From NCBI RefSeq assembly GCF_009914755.1, contig NC_060927.1: DNA of 64,000 nt. One strand, written 5' to 3'. Positions within the stretch are counted from its first letter, which is position 1. Every line of letters starts with the position of its first letter. The notes under the pieces were generated by a model. It saw only the letters and a program-made list of their open reading frames with translations, made no database searches and had not been told where the DNA came from. Shown piece by piece: positions 39,437 through 54,500 of the stretch. A program made the translations under genes and the position numbers. Origin of the DNA: the human T2T-CHM13v2.0 reference genome, Homo sapiens.

Positions 39437-40339
39437 TACTCCTACTGTGGAAAAATGCTTAAGGTGTTTCTTACATTCCCAGAATATTTATTATCATTTC
39501 TGAATAATAGAAAAAATAAAGCAAAATTGTGGGCCCTACTGGCATTCTCGCCTTAGCAAAACATGCATTTATGATCCTGCTCAAGTCCATTGGTCCAGAT
39601 GATGGGGTGGGTAGAAATCTCTGCTGGATATGTAGCTGCACTATTTGGGACTCAGACTGATGATAAGAAATAGAAAATGAGAATAAATCAAAGGAAGTAT
39701 ATTAAAATAGTGTTTTATCAAAATAAGCCTTCAAATAAATACTAACATGAATGAAGAACAATTTTCCTAATCTTTTCTTGAATTTATGTGTGTATGAACT
39801 TTTAATTTTCAGTAGTCTCAATAATTCCCCTAAATTTGAGAGCTCTACTGACTGCTTATCTGTGCTCTACAGTGCATTGTTCTGGGGCTTCATTTTTCCA
39901 TCTAGAAAATTGCATGAATCATAGGATTCCTTGAAAAATCTATTATCTTTTTTTAAAGAATACATTAAAATGTACATAAAGCATCAAGGATGGGAAAAGC
40001 TCTGTCTGTGCAATTAATGTTAGACCCATTATTGAGAAATAGTTGGTCATTTCAGTCAAATTTAGTAGGAAAAAATATTCATAATTCCACATACATTATT
40101 ATAATTGCCATTTTAGCTGAAATCTTAGGAATGATATATGGAATTGAAGAGAAAATGATTCTCTGTCATTGCACTTGCAGTGACTGAAGGAAATGAATCT
40201 TCATTTCTGCTGTCTGTGTTGTACCTGTAGAGTTTCCCTTTGTGGTGAATGTTTGTCTTCTTTTTCCTTTATTTTTTAAAAATACTGCCTCAAGTAAACC
40301 AAACATAGTTCACCTTAAGAGTAGAAAATCTGAAGATAA

Positions 40340-40550
40340 ACACCCTGGGTTTATAAATCTGAATCTACCACTAGCTAGTTGAGTAATGTTGACCAACTTA
40401 ACCTAACAGCTCACACCTTGGATTTTTCATCAGAAAGGTGTGGATAAGAATAATAAAAACCTATTTCTAGTTTGTTATCCTTGTAACATAATTTAATATA
40501 TACTGGAATCAGTTCCTGGGACAGCATAAAAGTTATATTAGTGGTTGATA
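40340..40550. mobile_element. MIR remnant
   Basis: 'cctgggtttataaatctgaatctaccactagctagttgagtaatgttgaccaacttaacc...ttttcatcagaaa'. Confidence 0.55.
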
Positions 40551-40804
40551 TTATAATTATAATTGTCTATCTGAAAATTTTAAAAATACATTAACTTTTT
40601 TATTACAACAAAATATGTAGGAAATGCTAAAGTATAAACAAAGAAATCTGAAAGACAAGAATTCATTTGTGTCCATGTGAGGTGAAAGAACAATTCTTTC
40701 CTATTTTGCAGTAAATTATCTCGTTGTTAACATATAAGGAAACTACTGCAGAACTTTCTGTTGAGAGAAAAAGGATATTCTTTACCATATAGGACTGAAT
40801 ATCT

Positions 40805-41120
<316 letters not shown>

Positions 41121-41587
41121 TGATAGAAATACCATTAACAATGGCAGTGAAATGAAGTGGTAATGGCAACAGAAAAGGTAGCAATGCCCATCTGGTATTC
41201 TGGAAAGTGCTGTTGGAGCAAGCCGTGAGATGCTCTCTGACCACCCTTGGTCTGTGACATGTATTTTTCTTTCTCAATTTACTCAAAACCAAAGAACCAT
41301 ACTCTCCAATGTTGGCTGTAGTGGGCATGATGATAGTAGTGCTTAATTTTTGAGGTTCTAGTATTTCATGCTCTACCGTTGCTAATAAAATTTTAGAATG
41401 ATAAAATCTAATAGTTAAGAGGATTTTTATTTAATTCGTCTTCTGAAACAATACTCTGATTTGAAATAATAGTGGAGAGAGAGCTAACTGACTCACTCTT
41501 ACCCCAAGAAGACTATTCATTTGTATTTTGGAAAGAAAAAGTAATAATTTCCTATTAAATGAAAGGTAAAATGCTCAGTATCTTTAA

Positions 41588-41639
41588 ATTTTGATATTTT
41601 ATTCAATAACTATATTTTGATATTTTATTCAATAACCAT
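41588..41639. repeat. 26-bp tandem duplication (25/26 identical)
   Basis: attttgatattttattcaataactat / attttgatattttattcaataaccat. Confidence 0.85.
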
Positions 41640-41719
41640 ATTTATTCATTAAATATGTGCATCTGCAGGTAAGCATATACATACATGCATACATAAACAT
41701 ATATATACACACACATCCC

Positions 41720-42175
41720 AAAACACATGCATTAGAATCTTTGTAGCAGCTGTATTCCTAACAGTTCCAGACTGAAAACAACATAAATACTCAGCAACAG
41801 GTGAGTGCTCAAATAAATTTTTCTATACTCATACAACTAAATAAATTTAAAAGAGCAAAATATTGTTGCACACAACAGGATGGCAGAATTTCATGAATAT
41901 TTTGTTGAATAGAATAATAAACCTGACCCAAAAGGTGCATATTATCAGATTCCATCTAAGTGAGGTTTAAGAAAAGAAAGAAAAACGAATCTTTAGGACT
42001 AGAAGAATAGGGGTTACCTCAGTGGGGGAAAGAGAGAGGGTATAGACTGGAAAGGGGAGCTAGGGAACTTCATCGAATGATGGAGTGGTCCTACATCTTG
42101 ATCTGTATGGTGTATGTATATAAAAATTATCAAGCTGTATCTGTAAAATTAATGACATTTATGTACTTTATAGTG
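41720..42175 (+). mobile_element. L1ME-type 3' end
   Basis: 'gcacacaacaggatgg...tattttgttga...gattccat...ggttacctc...gactggaaagggg...tacatcttgatctg' follows the L1ME 3'UTR layout. Confidence 0.65.
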
Positions 42176-42294
42176 TGTGTTTGTGTGTGTGTAAAATTTT
42201 TTTAAAAAAATTCCTGAATAGTTTTTAAATACAGTGAGGTAGGAAGAGGGTGGGATATCATGTTCCATTAAACAGAGCTTACGAGGTGAGCCTA

Positions 42295-42460
42295 GGATAG
42301 GATTGCAGATAAAACACATGACTCTTAATTAATTATGAAGTTCAGATAAAAATAAATATATTTTAGTATAAGTATGCCCACCTCCAAACATTTGTTGTTC
42401 ATCTAAAATTCAAATTTGATGGGGTGTCCTGTATTTTGCTTTGCTAAGTTTGATAGCCTG
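42295..42460. mobile_element. MER53 palindromic MITE
   Basis: 'gcagataaaacacatgac...gaagttcagataaa...tttagtataagtatg...tctaaaattcaaatttgatggggtgtcctgtattttgctttgctaa'. Confidence 0.75.
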
Positions 42461-43716
42461 AGAGGAAGCCTGGGGTCAAGTGATACTGTACTAGATGTGT
42501 TATCGCTTTGACTTCCACTATCATTACCAGACAAACCCCAATGGATTGGTTTCTCATGAGCCAAATAAAAGACTTCTTGCTAATGTTTTGCAGAAAGAAG
42601 GCTTTCATTTTTGGGGTTTAATGACTTAAGTCTGGCCTTTTCGTCTTGTAGAACCAGGGAGCAGCAAAGCCTCAAAATAGAAAAAAAAAACTTCTCTTTA
42701 CAATTAAAAATTTAAATGCAGTGCTATCCATTCAAGCAGGCATTGTGGGTGTTAGTGCCATCTCTAAGCCCTGTGGGAAGAATGGGCAGTGCCAACAGAT
42801 GGCCACACTCTTTTCAAGATTGATCTTGCCTTTCTGGCACCAGAATCCTACTTCAGGTTTGCCAAGAATGGTCAGCATGTTGTGTGTTAATTGCTGGCAG
42901 GGGCTACCCAATGACTTTATAGGCCCAGCTCACAGTGGGCTCTTGATTAAGGAGAGCATGCAGCTCCCAGCTCCAGCAGGACTGCCTTCAACAAAGTCAT
43001 GAGACGATACACCTTTAATATTACTTGCACAGTAGGTGGAAAATAAGAGTTATTTTTGGCTCCATTCCTGTGACTATAAAGCTTGCATTGAGTGGCTTTT
43101 AAGAGACCACTTCTCCATCAAGCAGAGCGAATTAAAGTGGGCAGTGTGTAGCTAATGGGATGTTAGCATGAGCAAAGTCCAGTCATCTTTGTCAGTTTCA
43201 GGGTTGGTAAGGGAAGGAAGGCATGTGCATTACTGGACAACAATGTGGCATCATCTATTTCTCAGTAGGAGTAATTTGAGATCAGGTGTTGACAGATGGT
43301 GGTCTCCCAGGATAGCATTAGAGATTTTTCATAAGTGGAGATTAACAGGTTGTTTAAAAATACTCAAGTCTCTAGCATTTTGTGAATGAGAATTTGTGAA
43401 AAAATAAAATTATTCAACATATCTTCATAAAGAGAAGATAAATAGCAGCCCAATTCTTGCCTCAAAGAATGTCTATTCTGTAATTGTTTCTTAAAAAATA
43501 ATGAAAATAATAACAGAATTTACTGCAAAAAGCCCTGTGTCAAGATGGAAGCAAGGAGAAACATTGTGCCATGATTTTAACCTACAGAAAAGTAATTGTA
43601 TGTAATAGGAGTCAGGCATGTATTACATAGTTAAAATTATCTGTCGCTCGTTAACGAAAAGACCTGGCATGAATATTTTTGGAGAGACCATGTCATTCAA
43701 AAAATTCAGAATTTAA

Positions 43717-44004
43717 TTTTTTTTTTTCTTGAGACAGAGTCTCACTCTGTCGCCCAGGCTGGAGAGTGCAGTGGTGCAATCATGGCTCAATGCAACCTCT
43801 GCCTCCTGGGTTCAAGCGATTCTCCTGCCTCAGCCTCCTGCATATCTGGGACTATGCAGGGGCTATGCCACCACACCTGGCTAGTTTTTCTATTTTTAGT
43901 ATAGACAGGGTTTCACCATATTGGTCAGGCTGGTCTTGATCTCCTGACCTCATGATCTCCCCTCCTCGGCCTCCCAATGTGTTGAGATTACAGGTGTGAG
44001 CCAC
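43717..44004 (-). mobile_element. AluS, lacking the first ~10 nt
   Basis: Antisense Alu dimer with poly-T at the left end, ending 'caggtgtgagccac'. Confidence 0.95.
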
Positions 44005-44164
44005 TTTTTTTCTGAATATATAATTTGTGTATATTTGTAATAGAACAAATAGAAGACATGGATAAAACATAGTGTATAGCTCAATATCACCCACATCAAA
44101 CCATTCACAAGTGACTGTGCTTTGTGAATTTCCTTCAGGTTAAAGTGTTTGCATTAATGAATTT

Positions 44165-44463
<299 letters not shown>

Positions 44464-45789
44464 TACAATGATGAATTTATACTAAATGTATATGATTCCA
44501 TTACGCCTCAAAGAATAAACTCCAAGTATTCACAGCACTCTACAGAATTTAACATCTAGAATTTAATATTACATTACACCTATAATGAAAGTTCTTATTT
44601 TACTTTTCTGATTTCATTAGTAAAGAAGAGCCATACAACAGCATTGAGGAAATATTATTTCATACACATCAGCAACACTGTTTACGTATATTTTAACTTT
44701 GTATTCTCTGAGGTATATACTATTAATTCTTAGAGACTGACAAATAACAGGCCCTCAGTAAGTATTTGGTGAACTGGATTTATCTCAGCTTTCACTCATC
44801 ATATAAGGCCTGCTGTTTGCAACTCTATCAACTATCTATCTACTATCAATCATCTATTCAAAGACGAAACCAGGTTGATTTCTTAAATATTCCTTCATTC
44901 TCATTCACCACATTCAGTTTTCACCAAATTTAGGTGCTTCTCTTCTCTATATTGTTCTTGAATATATTTAGATCCCCTCCTACTCTTTGGCATTACCTTA
45001 GAAATGCCAAGACTTTGATAACTCTTAGCTGGAACTGCTGCATCATTAAAAAGATGTTTTTCCTGCCTCCAGACTCCAATCTCTCCAGATTTGCCATGGA
45101 CAGATGCACATACACATATGTACTCTATTATCAGAGCTTTTTTCTTCATATACAAATCTTAATATGTAAGTTCCCTCCTAGAACTCATACATAATTCTGT
45201 TTGCCAGTAACATAATGTCCAGACTCCTCAAGAAGACATTCAAGATCTTGAGAATCTGCCCCATCTTCACCTCCTGCCTTTTCCTGCTTCGCTGAGCGCT
45301 CCCTGGACTTTGTGAACTTGTGCTGCTTGCGACATTCCTTCTGCCTGGGGTGGTCCTTCATTCTGAGTTCACTCATGTCCACTTAGGTTGCAGAACACAG
45401 CCCAGCTGTTACCTTGGTGTAAAACTTTTTTAATTTTATAAGATCTAACAAATCAACTGCCTCACCCGTGATTATAACACTCATAAAGGGTTAATCTTCA
45501 CAGAGATTTTGATATCTAGAAGTGATTGAAAATTATAAAATATTGACGATTGTCTTTAAATAATTTATCATAGGGCTAGACAACAATGGTAGTTTACATA
45601 GAATAGGTAATTAAAGGTAGAACAGAGTACTACTGTTATAGGATTTGTTAAATAATTTTTAGCAAGCAATTGTTTCTGGTAGTGGAGTATATGGGTACCT
45701 GGACTAATGTTACCACTAAAAGCAACTAAGCATGCAGGATAAAATATTTTTAAAAATTTATCTCATATGCATGGCTGAGCAATATGAAT

Positions 45790-47190
<1,401 letters not shown>

Positions 47191-47807
47191 TTTAATCAAA
47201 TTCAAAGCATGTGTATTTTGTTGAGGCAACAGCAATGAAGCTCTGGTTCAGTGAATACTAACAATAAAATATAGTTTGGGAGATATTACACATCACTTTT
47301 GTTTACTTTTCTAATGTTGATCCTATTTTTATAACAATTCAAATATGTTCAAAATATTTTCCTTTATATTTACTCTTCTGAAGGATGCTCGCTGATGTGC
47401 TCTTTGCAAACCAATTTGCTGAAAGAATCAATTTAATTTATTTCCATTTATGTTTCTTCAGTGATGACTTAGCCTCACGTGAAGGACTTGTAGGGATCCA
47501 AGGAGAATGTCAGTCATAGACTGATTAGCATGAACTTCTTCAAGTGATGCATAATCTTTGACAACCATAGTAGGAACTTATTCTTCCAAGAGTATCCAGA
47601 AGACAGGCGCCTATAGATGTCATCCGTCACCTCTAATTTATTAACTGACTTATAACCTGCTTTCATAGGCATTCATTATATTCTTTAACCTTGACCTTCC
47701 CTTTTACAGCTTGCTATAGTTATTTCAATAAAATGCCCTACTCACCCCTCACTCCAAGTACAAAAAAATCAATAAAAAATATTTTTAGTGTCAAACAGAA
47801 AACTTAA

Positions 47808-47843
47808 GAAGTGCTGAGAACATTGGAAGTGCTGAGAAGATTG
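47808..47843. repeat. 18-bp tandem duplication
   Basis: gaagtgctgagaacattg / gaagtgctgagaagattg. Confidence 0.85.
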
Positions 47844-48096
47844 GCGCATTAGAGAACATAGGCCATAAAAGGCCCATTTGTGTAAATATTTTCAATACTA
47901 TTGCTCACGCCCATTGCTTTCTTCCTGATATTTGGAAATCACATGATTTTTATCAAAATGAATAGCATTTTTATAGTACTCAAGTCTGCCTTGATTGCCT
48001 TGAGAACCTGATTATAGCATGATAGCACAGAATGCCCATTTTAATTGGACATTGAGTAAAGTTACAGAAATGATTCCTGGCATCTGTGATCCATTG

Positions 48097-48340
48097 CAGT
48101 GGTTGGTAAACTTTTTCATAAAAGACCAGAAATCTAACATTTTTGCAGGCCAAGGAGTGAAATAGACTTTATAATGTTGGTCCCCATATAATCTTTTACA
48201 ATGTAAGCATTTGCAAATATAAAAAACGTTCTTATCTTATAGACCATAAAACATCCAAACAATGTTAACAACAAAAACGGTAACAAAAACTTAATTTTTT
48301 AAAAACAGAAACAAAAAACAGATAATGGGCCAAATTGGGT
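48097..48340. mobile_element. MER58-type hAT-Charlie MITE
   Basis: 'cagtggttggtaaactttttcataaaagaccaga...gcaggcca...aaacagataatgggccaaattgg'. Confidence 0.65.
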
Positions 48341-49470
48341 ATATTCAGAAGATATGTGATACCTGGAGGACACTTCAAGTTCATTTATCTAGTTTTGATT
48401 AAGATTAACTGCATATAGGAGGTTTCAGGAGGACCCACTGTGCAGCCATACAGAGTGGGGACATGGGTTTCTTGGCTCTTTCCCCAACCCCCCCTGGTGT
48501 CCTCAGGTCACCCTGCTACAGCTTCAGTGTCTTCACCACCCCCAATGCTTCTATCTCAGCCTCCTTATGCTTATTCTTGCTTCTTTCTCAGCTTCAGGCA
48601 AAAATCATAAAAGCAGTATGGAAGTGACTCATATTTTGGAAACACTAAAATAATAACATATGACTAAATTTAGCATAGAAATGTTAAAAACGTGAAATGG
48701 TGAAATCAAACGGCAATTAGTGATGACAAACACTCACCTGAGCTGTGCTAACTGCTGCTGCCACCCACCAAATGCATAATGACATGTGCTCAGATTGCTC
48801 TGTTTTGCAGAAAATAATCAACTCAAATTACTGTGTGTATTGATTTCAGGTTAGACATTAAAACAGATTTCAGGATAATATGTTTCCCTTGATACATTCA
48901 CAAATCTTTGAAGATTTATAAAGGACTTATTGGGAAATGATAAAATAAATTATTGTATTAGTTAAATATGCCATTTCTCTATTTCTACAAAACATGCCTT
49001 TGGGTCCTCTGTTATTCCTGAGTCTACTGGAAGAGCATTTAAGAAGTCTCTACTCTTAAAATGTGCAAAAAATAGCATATTTCTCTCATTTCTGCATTAA
49101 GATTTCAGAGGATGTCAGTTAGATGTTGCACAGCATTTTATAAATTATTCCTCAGGAAAAAAAATAGAAAGTTGAGAGTAGAGATCAGTAGGTCTACAAA
49201 GTGAATGTGAGGGCATTCCTGAGAAAAATTGTTGGAAAAGAAGAGTAGCTCGTTATTCTTATATATGGTAGTGGTTTCTAATGGTTTAGCACCATAGCTG
49301 GCTTGCTTAATAGATGTAAGCACATTTAAGGTCTCCAGTATAACATTGGGTGTTCTACAAACAAGGATGAAGATAAAAAAAAATGGACAGACAATTGAAA
49401 AATATGAAATTCTAATAATTAGTGTATAGGAAAAAATGCTTGCTTTTATTCACAGAGAAAGAAATTCAAA

Positions 49471-49860
49471 TATATTAGTTCATTCTCACACTGATATAAA
49501 GAACTCCCTGAGATTGGGTAATTTATAAAGAAAAGACATTTAATTGACAGTTTCACAGGCTGTACCGGAAGCATGGCTGGGAGGCCTCAGGAAACTTTCA
49601 ACTATGGTGGAAGACAAAGGGAAACCAGCGCATCTCACATGGCAGGAGCAGGAGGAAGAGAGAAAGGAAAGGTGCTACACACTTTCAAATAACCAGATCT
49701 CCTGAGATCTCTATCACATCACAAGACAGCACTAGGGGGATGGTGCTAAACCATTAGGAACCACTACCATGATCCAATCACTTCCACCAGGCCCCACCTC
49801 CAAGACTGGGGATCACAATTCAACATGAGATTTGGGTGGGGACACAGCCAAACCATATCA
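49471..49860 (-). mobile_element. MSTA-type MaLR solo LTR
   Basis: 'tattagttcattctcacactg...gggtaatttataaagaaaaga...gagatttgggtggggacacagccaaaccatatca'; perfect 5-bp TSD tcaaa (49466-49470 / 49861-49865). Confidence 0.92.
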
Positions 49861-51585
49861 TCAAAAAAAAAAAACACCAATGAGATATTGTCTTCCCAGA
49901 GTACTGACAAAAGTTGACACAATGAATAGCATCTTTGGTTGGCAAATATATGGAAATATAAGGACTCTTATTAATTTATAGATCTATAATTACTTAAATT
50001 TTTGAAAAGTTAATTTGTTCCTCTTTATTTTTAAAAGTACTTAAATACTCTTTTTATCATGTAGCATTCCTTTGAGAACAAGTGAGAAAAAAATTAATTC
50101 AAATTGGGTGAACTCCTAAAGGAAATTCATTGGCACATGGGCTGAAAAGTGAAGGGTTTGGGGGTCACCTGATTTGGGACTCAAAAAATGCCAGTAGTGA
50201 TCAATTAATCTCTCTCCCTCTGTCCTTTTATCTACACCTTCGATTTTGATTGAATTTCCAAAATGAAGTAGCACGTCTGGAACTTACATTCTGGAGCTTT
50301 CATTATGTATAGAGGTCCAGCATCTGTTCCCAGAAATCTTAGTAAAAGTCTCATAAGATCTCATGATTCCTATAAGTTCTCATATCAATGTTTTAACCAC
50401 TCTCTGTGACTGTGATAATGATATCAGATAAGAGTGTTCTGAATAATGGCAGCTTTGAATCTGAGTAGAATCAGACCCGCTAAAACTACATGATACCTGC
50501 AACAAATGGTTCCCAAGAAAGAAACTAAGGTATGGTTGTCAAAAGGCTGAACAATAATTTTCTGAAAAGGAAATATTTCCATACTCCCTTTTTATGTACA
50601 CAATCATATTTTTGGATTCTATTTCACCATGTTTAAATACTTATGCTTAAATATAAATGAACAAAGATGTTTATTGCAATTTGTCTCAAATATTTAAAAA
50701 GCCAGACCATAGAGCAATATATAGTTAACAACATTTTGGTATATAAATATTAGGAAATAAAATATAGTCATTTAATAAAATATTAAAGTCTAAGATTTAG
50801 TGGTAAATGAAAAAAATTACAATACTGGCATGTGTAAAGAATGATTCATTTTTCCCCAGCAAACATGAAAATGTAGAAAGTGTTTATATAGATATGAGTA
50901 TTTATAAAATATCATGAACGAAAGGAAAACTCTTGATAGATGCCTATCACAGGGAGGAGATGAGATAAAATCCACTCTAGATCTGCCTTTTGATTTATTT
51001 AGGATTTATTTGACAAGTGACAGAGAACCCATCTCAAACTGGTTAAATCCCAAAAGGAAAGGTGTGAATCTGAAGTGTAGAGGATTTTACATGCAGCCTT
51101 ATCCAAATATAAATGTCTACAGGGCACAATTTATATCTTTCCTTCTCTGTGATGTATCATCATTTATACTGACTGCATTTTAAGAGAGGTAGCAATTTCA
51201 GGACTTACCTTATTGAAGCTTTCTTTACATCTTGTAAATAAAAGTGGAAGAAGCCTATTATTTTCAATTTAGATACCTCTAAAAGAGAAAATTACTTCAT
51301 TGGGCAAATATCATTTTAAATTATTTGAATACTTAAAAAATATAAAATTAAAAAAGAAATAAAATAAACAAATGAGTCAGGCAATGGATGAATACTAAAT
51401 CCAGAGTGTCTATCCAGAGAGAGATGAGGCATAAACTTAAAATATATCCAAATAGAATTAACTGAAGAAAATCAAAGTAATCAGCGTTAGGGAGTTATGG
51501 CAACCAGTAGTAGGATTTCATGCATGGGGCACTTAGATGCAGTGGAAGAAAATATAGTCCATGAGTCCAAACAGTGACACTTTCT

Positions 51586-54500
51586 TTCTTTTTTTTTTTT
51601 TCCTTATTTCTTCTAAAAAAACAGAGGGATACATGTGCAGAAAGTGCAGGTTTGTTACATAGGTATACATACATGTGCCATGGTGGTTTGCTGCAGCTAT
51701 TAACCCATTCTTTTAGTTCTCTCCCCTCACCATCCACCCCACAACAGGCCCTGGTATGTCTTGTTCCCCTGTCTGTGTCCATGTGTTCTCAATGTTCAAG
51801 TCCCACTTAGGAGTGAGAACATGTGGTGTTTGCTTTTCTGTTCCTGTGTTAGTTTGCTGAGATGATAGCTTCCAGCTTCATCCATGTCCCTACCAAGGAT
51901 ATGATCTCATTCCTTTTCATGGCTGCATAGTATTTCATGGTGTCTATGTACCACATTTTCTTTATTGAGTCTATAATTGATGGGCATTTGGATTGGTTCC
52001 ATATCTTTGCTATTGTAAATAGTGTTGCAATAAACATACATGTGCATGTGTAATTATAGTAGAATGATTTATATTCCTTTGGGTATATACCCAGTAATGG
52101 GATTGCTGGGCCAAATGGTATTTCTGGTTCTAGAACCTTGAGGAATCACCATATTGTTTTCCACAATGGTTGAAGTGGTTTACATTCCCACCAACAGTGT
52201 AAAAGCGTTCCTATTTCTCCACAGCCTCACCAGCATCTATTGTTTCCTGACTTTTTAATAATCGCCATTGTAATTGGTGTGAGATGGTATCTCATTGTGG
52301 TTTTGATTTGCATTTATCTGATGATCAGTGATGTTGAGCTTCTTTTTTCATGTTTGTTGGCCACGTAAATATCTTCTTTTGAAAAGTGTCTGTTCATATC
52401 CTTTGCCCATTTTTTGATGAGGTTGTTTGTTTTTTTCTTGTAAATTTCCCAAGTTCCTTGTAGATTCTCAGTATTAGGCCTTTGTCAAATGGGTAGATTG
52501 CAAAAATTTTCTCCCATTCTGTAGGTTGCCTGTTCACTCTGATGATAGTTTCTTTTGCTGTCCAGAAACTCTTTTGTTTAATTAGATCCTATTTTTCAAT
52601 TTTGGCTTTTGTTGCAATTGCTTTTGGTGTTTTAGTCATGAAGTCTTTGTCCATGCCTATGTCCTGAATGGTATTGCCTAGGTTTTCTTCTAGGTGTTTT
52701 ATGGTTTTGGGTTTCACATTTAAGTCTTTAATCCAGCTTGAGTTAATTTTTGTAGAAGGTGTAAAGAAGGGGTCCAGTTTCTGTTTTCTGCATATGGCTA
52801 GCTTGTTTTCCCAGCACCATTTACTGAATAGGAGATCCTTTCCCCATTGCTTGTTTTTGTCAGGTTTGTCAAAGATCAGATGGTTGTAGATTTGTAGTGC
52901 TATTTCTGAGGTCTCTGTTCTGCATCACTGGTCTATATGTCTGTTTTAGTACTGGTACCATGCTGTTTTGGTTACTGTAACTTGTAGTATAGTTTGAAGT
53001 CAGGTAGCGTGATGCCTCCAGCTTTGTTCTTTTTGCGTAGAATTGTCTTGGCTATATGCGGTCATCTTTGATTCCACATGAAATTTAAAATTGTTTTTTC
53101 TAATTCTCTGAAGAACCTCAATGGTAGTTTGATGGGAATAGCATTGAATCTATAAATTACACTGGGCAGTATGGCCATTTTTACAATATTGATTCTTCCT
53201 ATCCGTGAGGATGAAATGTTTTTCCATTTGTTTGTGTCCTCTCTGATTTCCTTGAGCAGTGGTTTGTAGTGCTCCAGGAAGAGGTTCTTCCCTTCCCTTG
53301 TTAGCTCTATTCCTAGGTATTTTATTCTCTTGTAGCAATTGTGAATGGGAGTTTATTCATGGTTTGGTTCTCTGCTTGCCTATTGTTGGTGTAAAGGAAT
53401 GCTTGTGATTTTTTGCATATTGATTTTGTACCCTGATACTGCTGAAGTTCCTTATCGGTTCAAGAAGTTTTAGGGCTGAGATGGTGGGGTTTTATAAATA
53501 TAAAATCATGTTGTCTGCAAAGAGACACAACTTGAGATACTCTCTACCTGTTTTAACACGCTTTATTTCTTTCTCTTGCCTGGTTGCCCTGGACAGAACT
53601 TCCAAAACTCTGTTGAATACGAGTGGTAAGAAAGGTCATCCTTGTCTTGTACTGGTTTTCAAAGAGAATGCTTCCAGCTTATCTTCATTCAATATGATAT
53701 TGGTTGGGGTTTGTCATAAATCTCTCTTATTATTTTGATATATGTCCCATCAATACCTAGATTATTGAGAGTTTTTAACACGAAAGGATGTTGAATTTTA
53801 TCAAAGGCCTTTTCTGCATCTATTGAGATAATCATGTGGTTTCTGTCTTTGATTCTGTTTATGTGATGGATTATGTTTATTGATTTGCATATGTTGAACC
53901 AGCCTTGCATACCAGCAATGAAGCCATCTTGATTGTGATGTATAAGTTTTTTGATGTGCTGTTGGATTTGGTTTGGCAATATTTTATTGACGATTTTTGC
54001 ATCAATGTTCATCAGGGATAATGACCTGAAGTTTTCTTTTTTTTGTCATGTCTCTTCCCAGTTTTTGTATCAGGATGATTCTGGCTTCATAAAATGAGTT
54101 AGGGAGGAGTCCCTCCTTTTCAAATGTTTGGAATAGTTTCAGAAGGAATGGTACCAGCTCCTCCTTGTATTTCTGGCAGCATTCAGCTATGAATCTGTCT
54201 GGTCCTGGGCTTTTTTTTTGGTTGATAGGCTATTAATTACTGCCTCAGTTTCAGAGCTTGTTATTGGTCTATTCAGGGATTCAACTTCTTCCTGGTTTAG
54301 TCTTTGTAGAATGTATGCATCCAGGGATTCCTCCATATCTTCTAGATTTTGTAGTTTGTTTGCATAGAGTTGTTTATAGTATTCTCTGATGGTAGTTTGT
54401 ATTTCTATGGGGTCAGTGCTGATATCTTCTTTATCATTTTTTATTGTCTATTTAATTCTTCTTTCTCTTCTTTATTAGTCTGGCTAGTGGTCTATCGATT

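Noticed and set aside
48733-48741. Strong minus-strand splice donor CAG|GTGAGT
   Set aside because: No matching acceptor or reading frame found.
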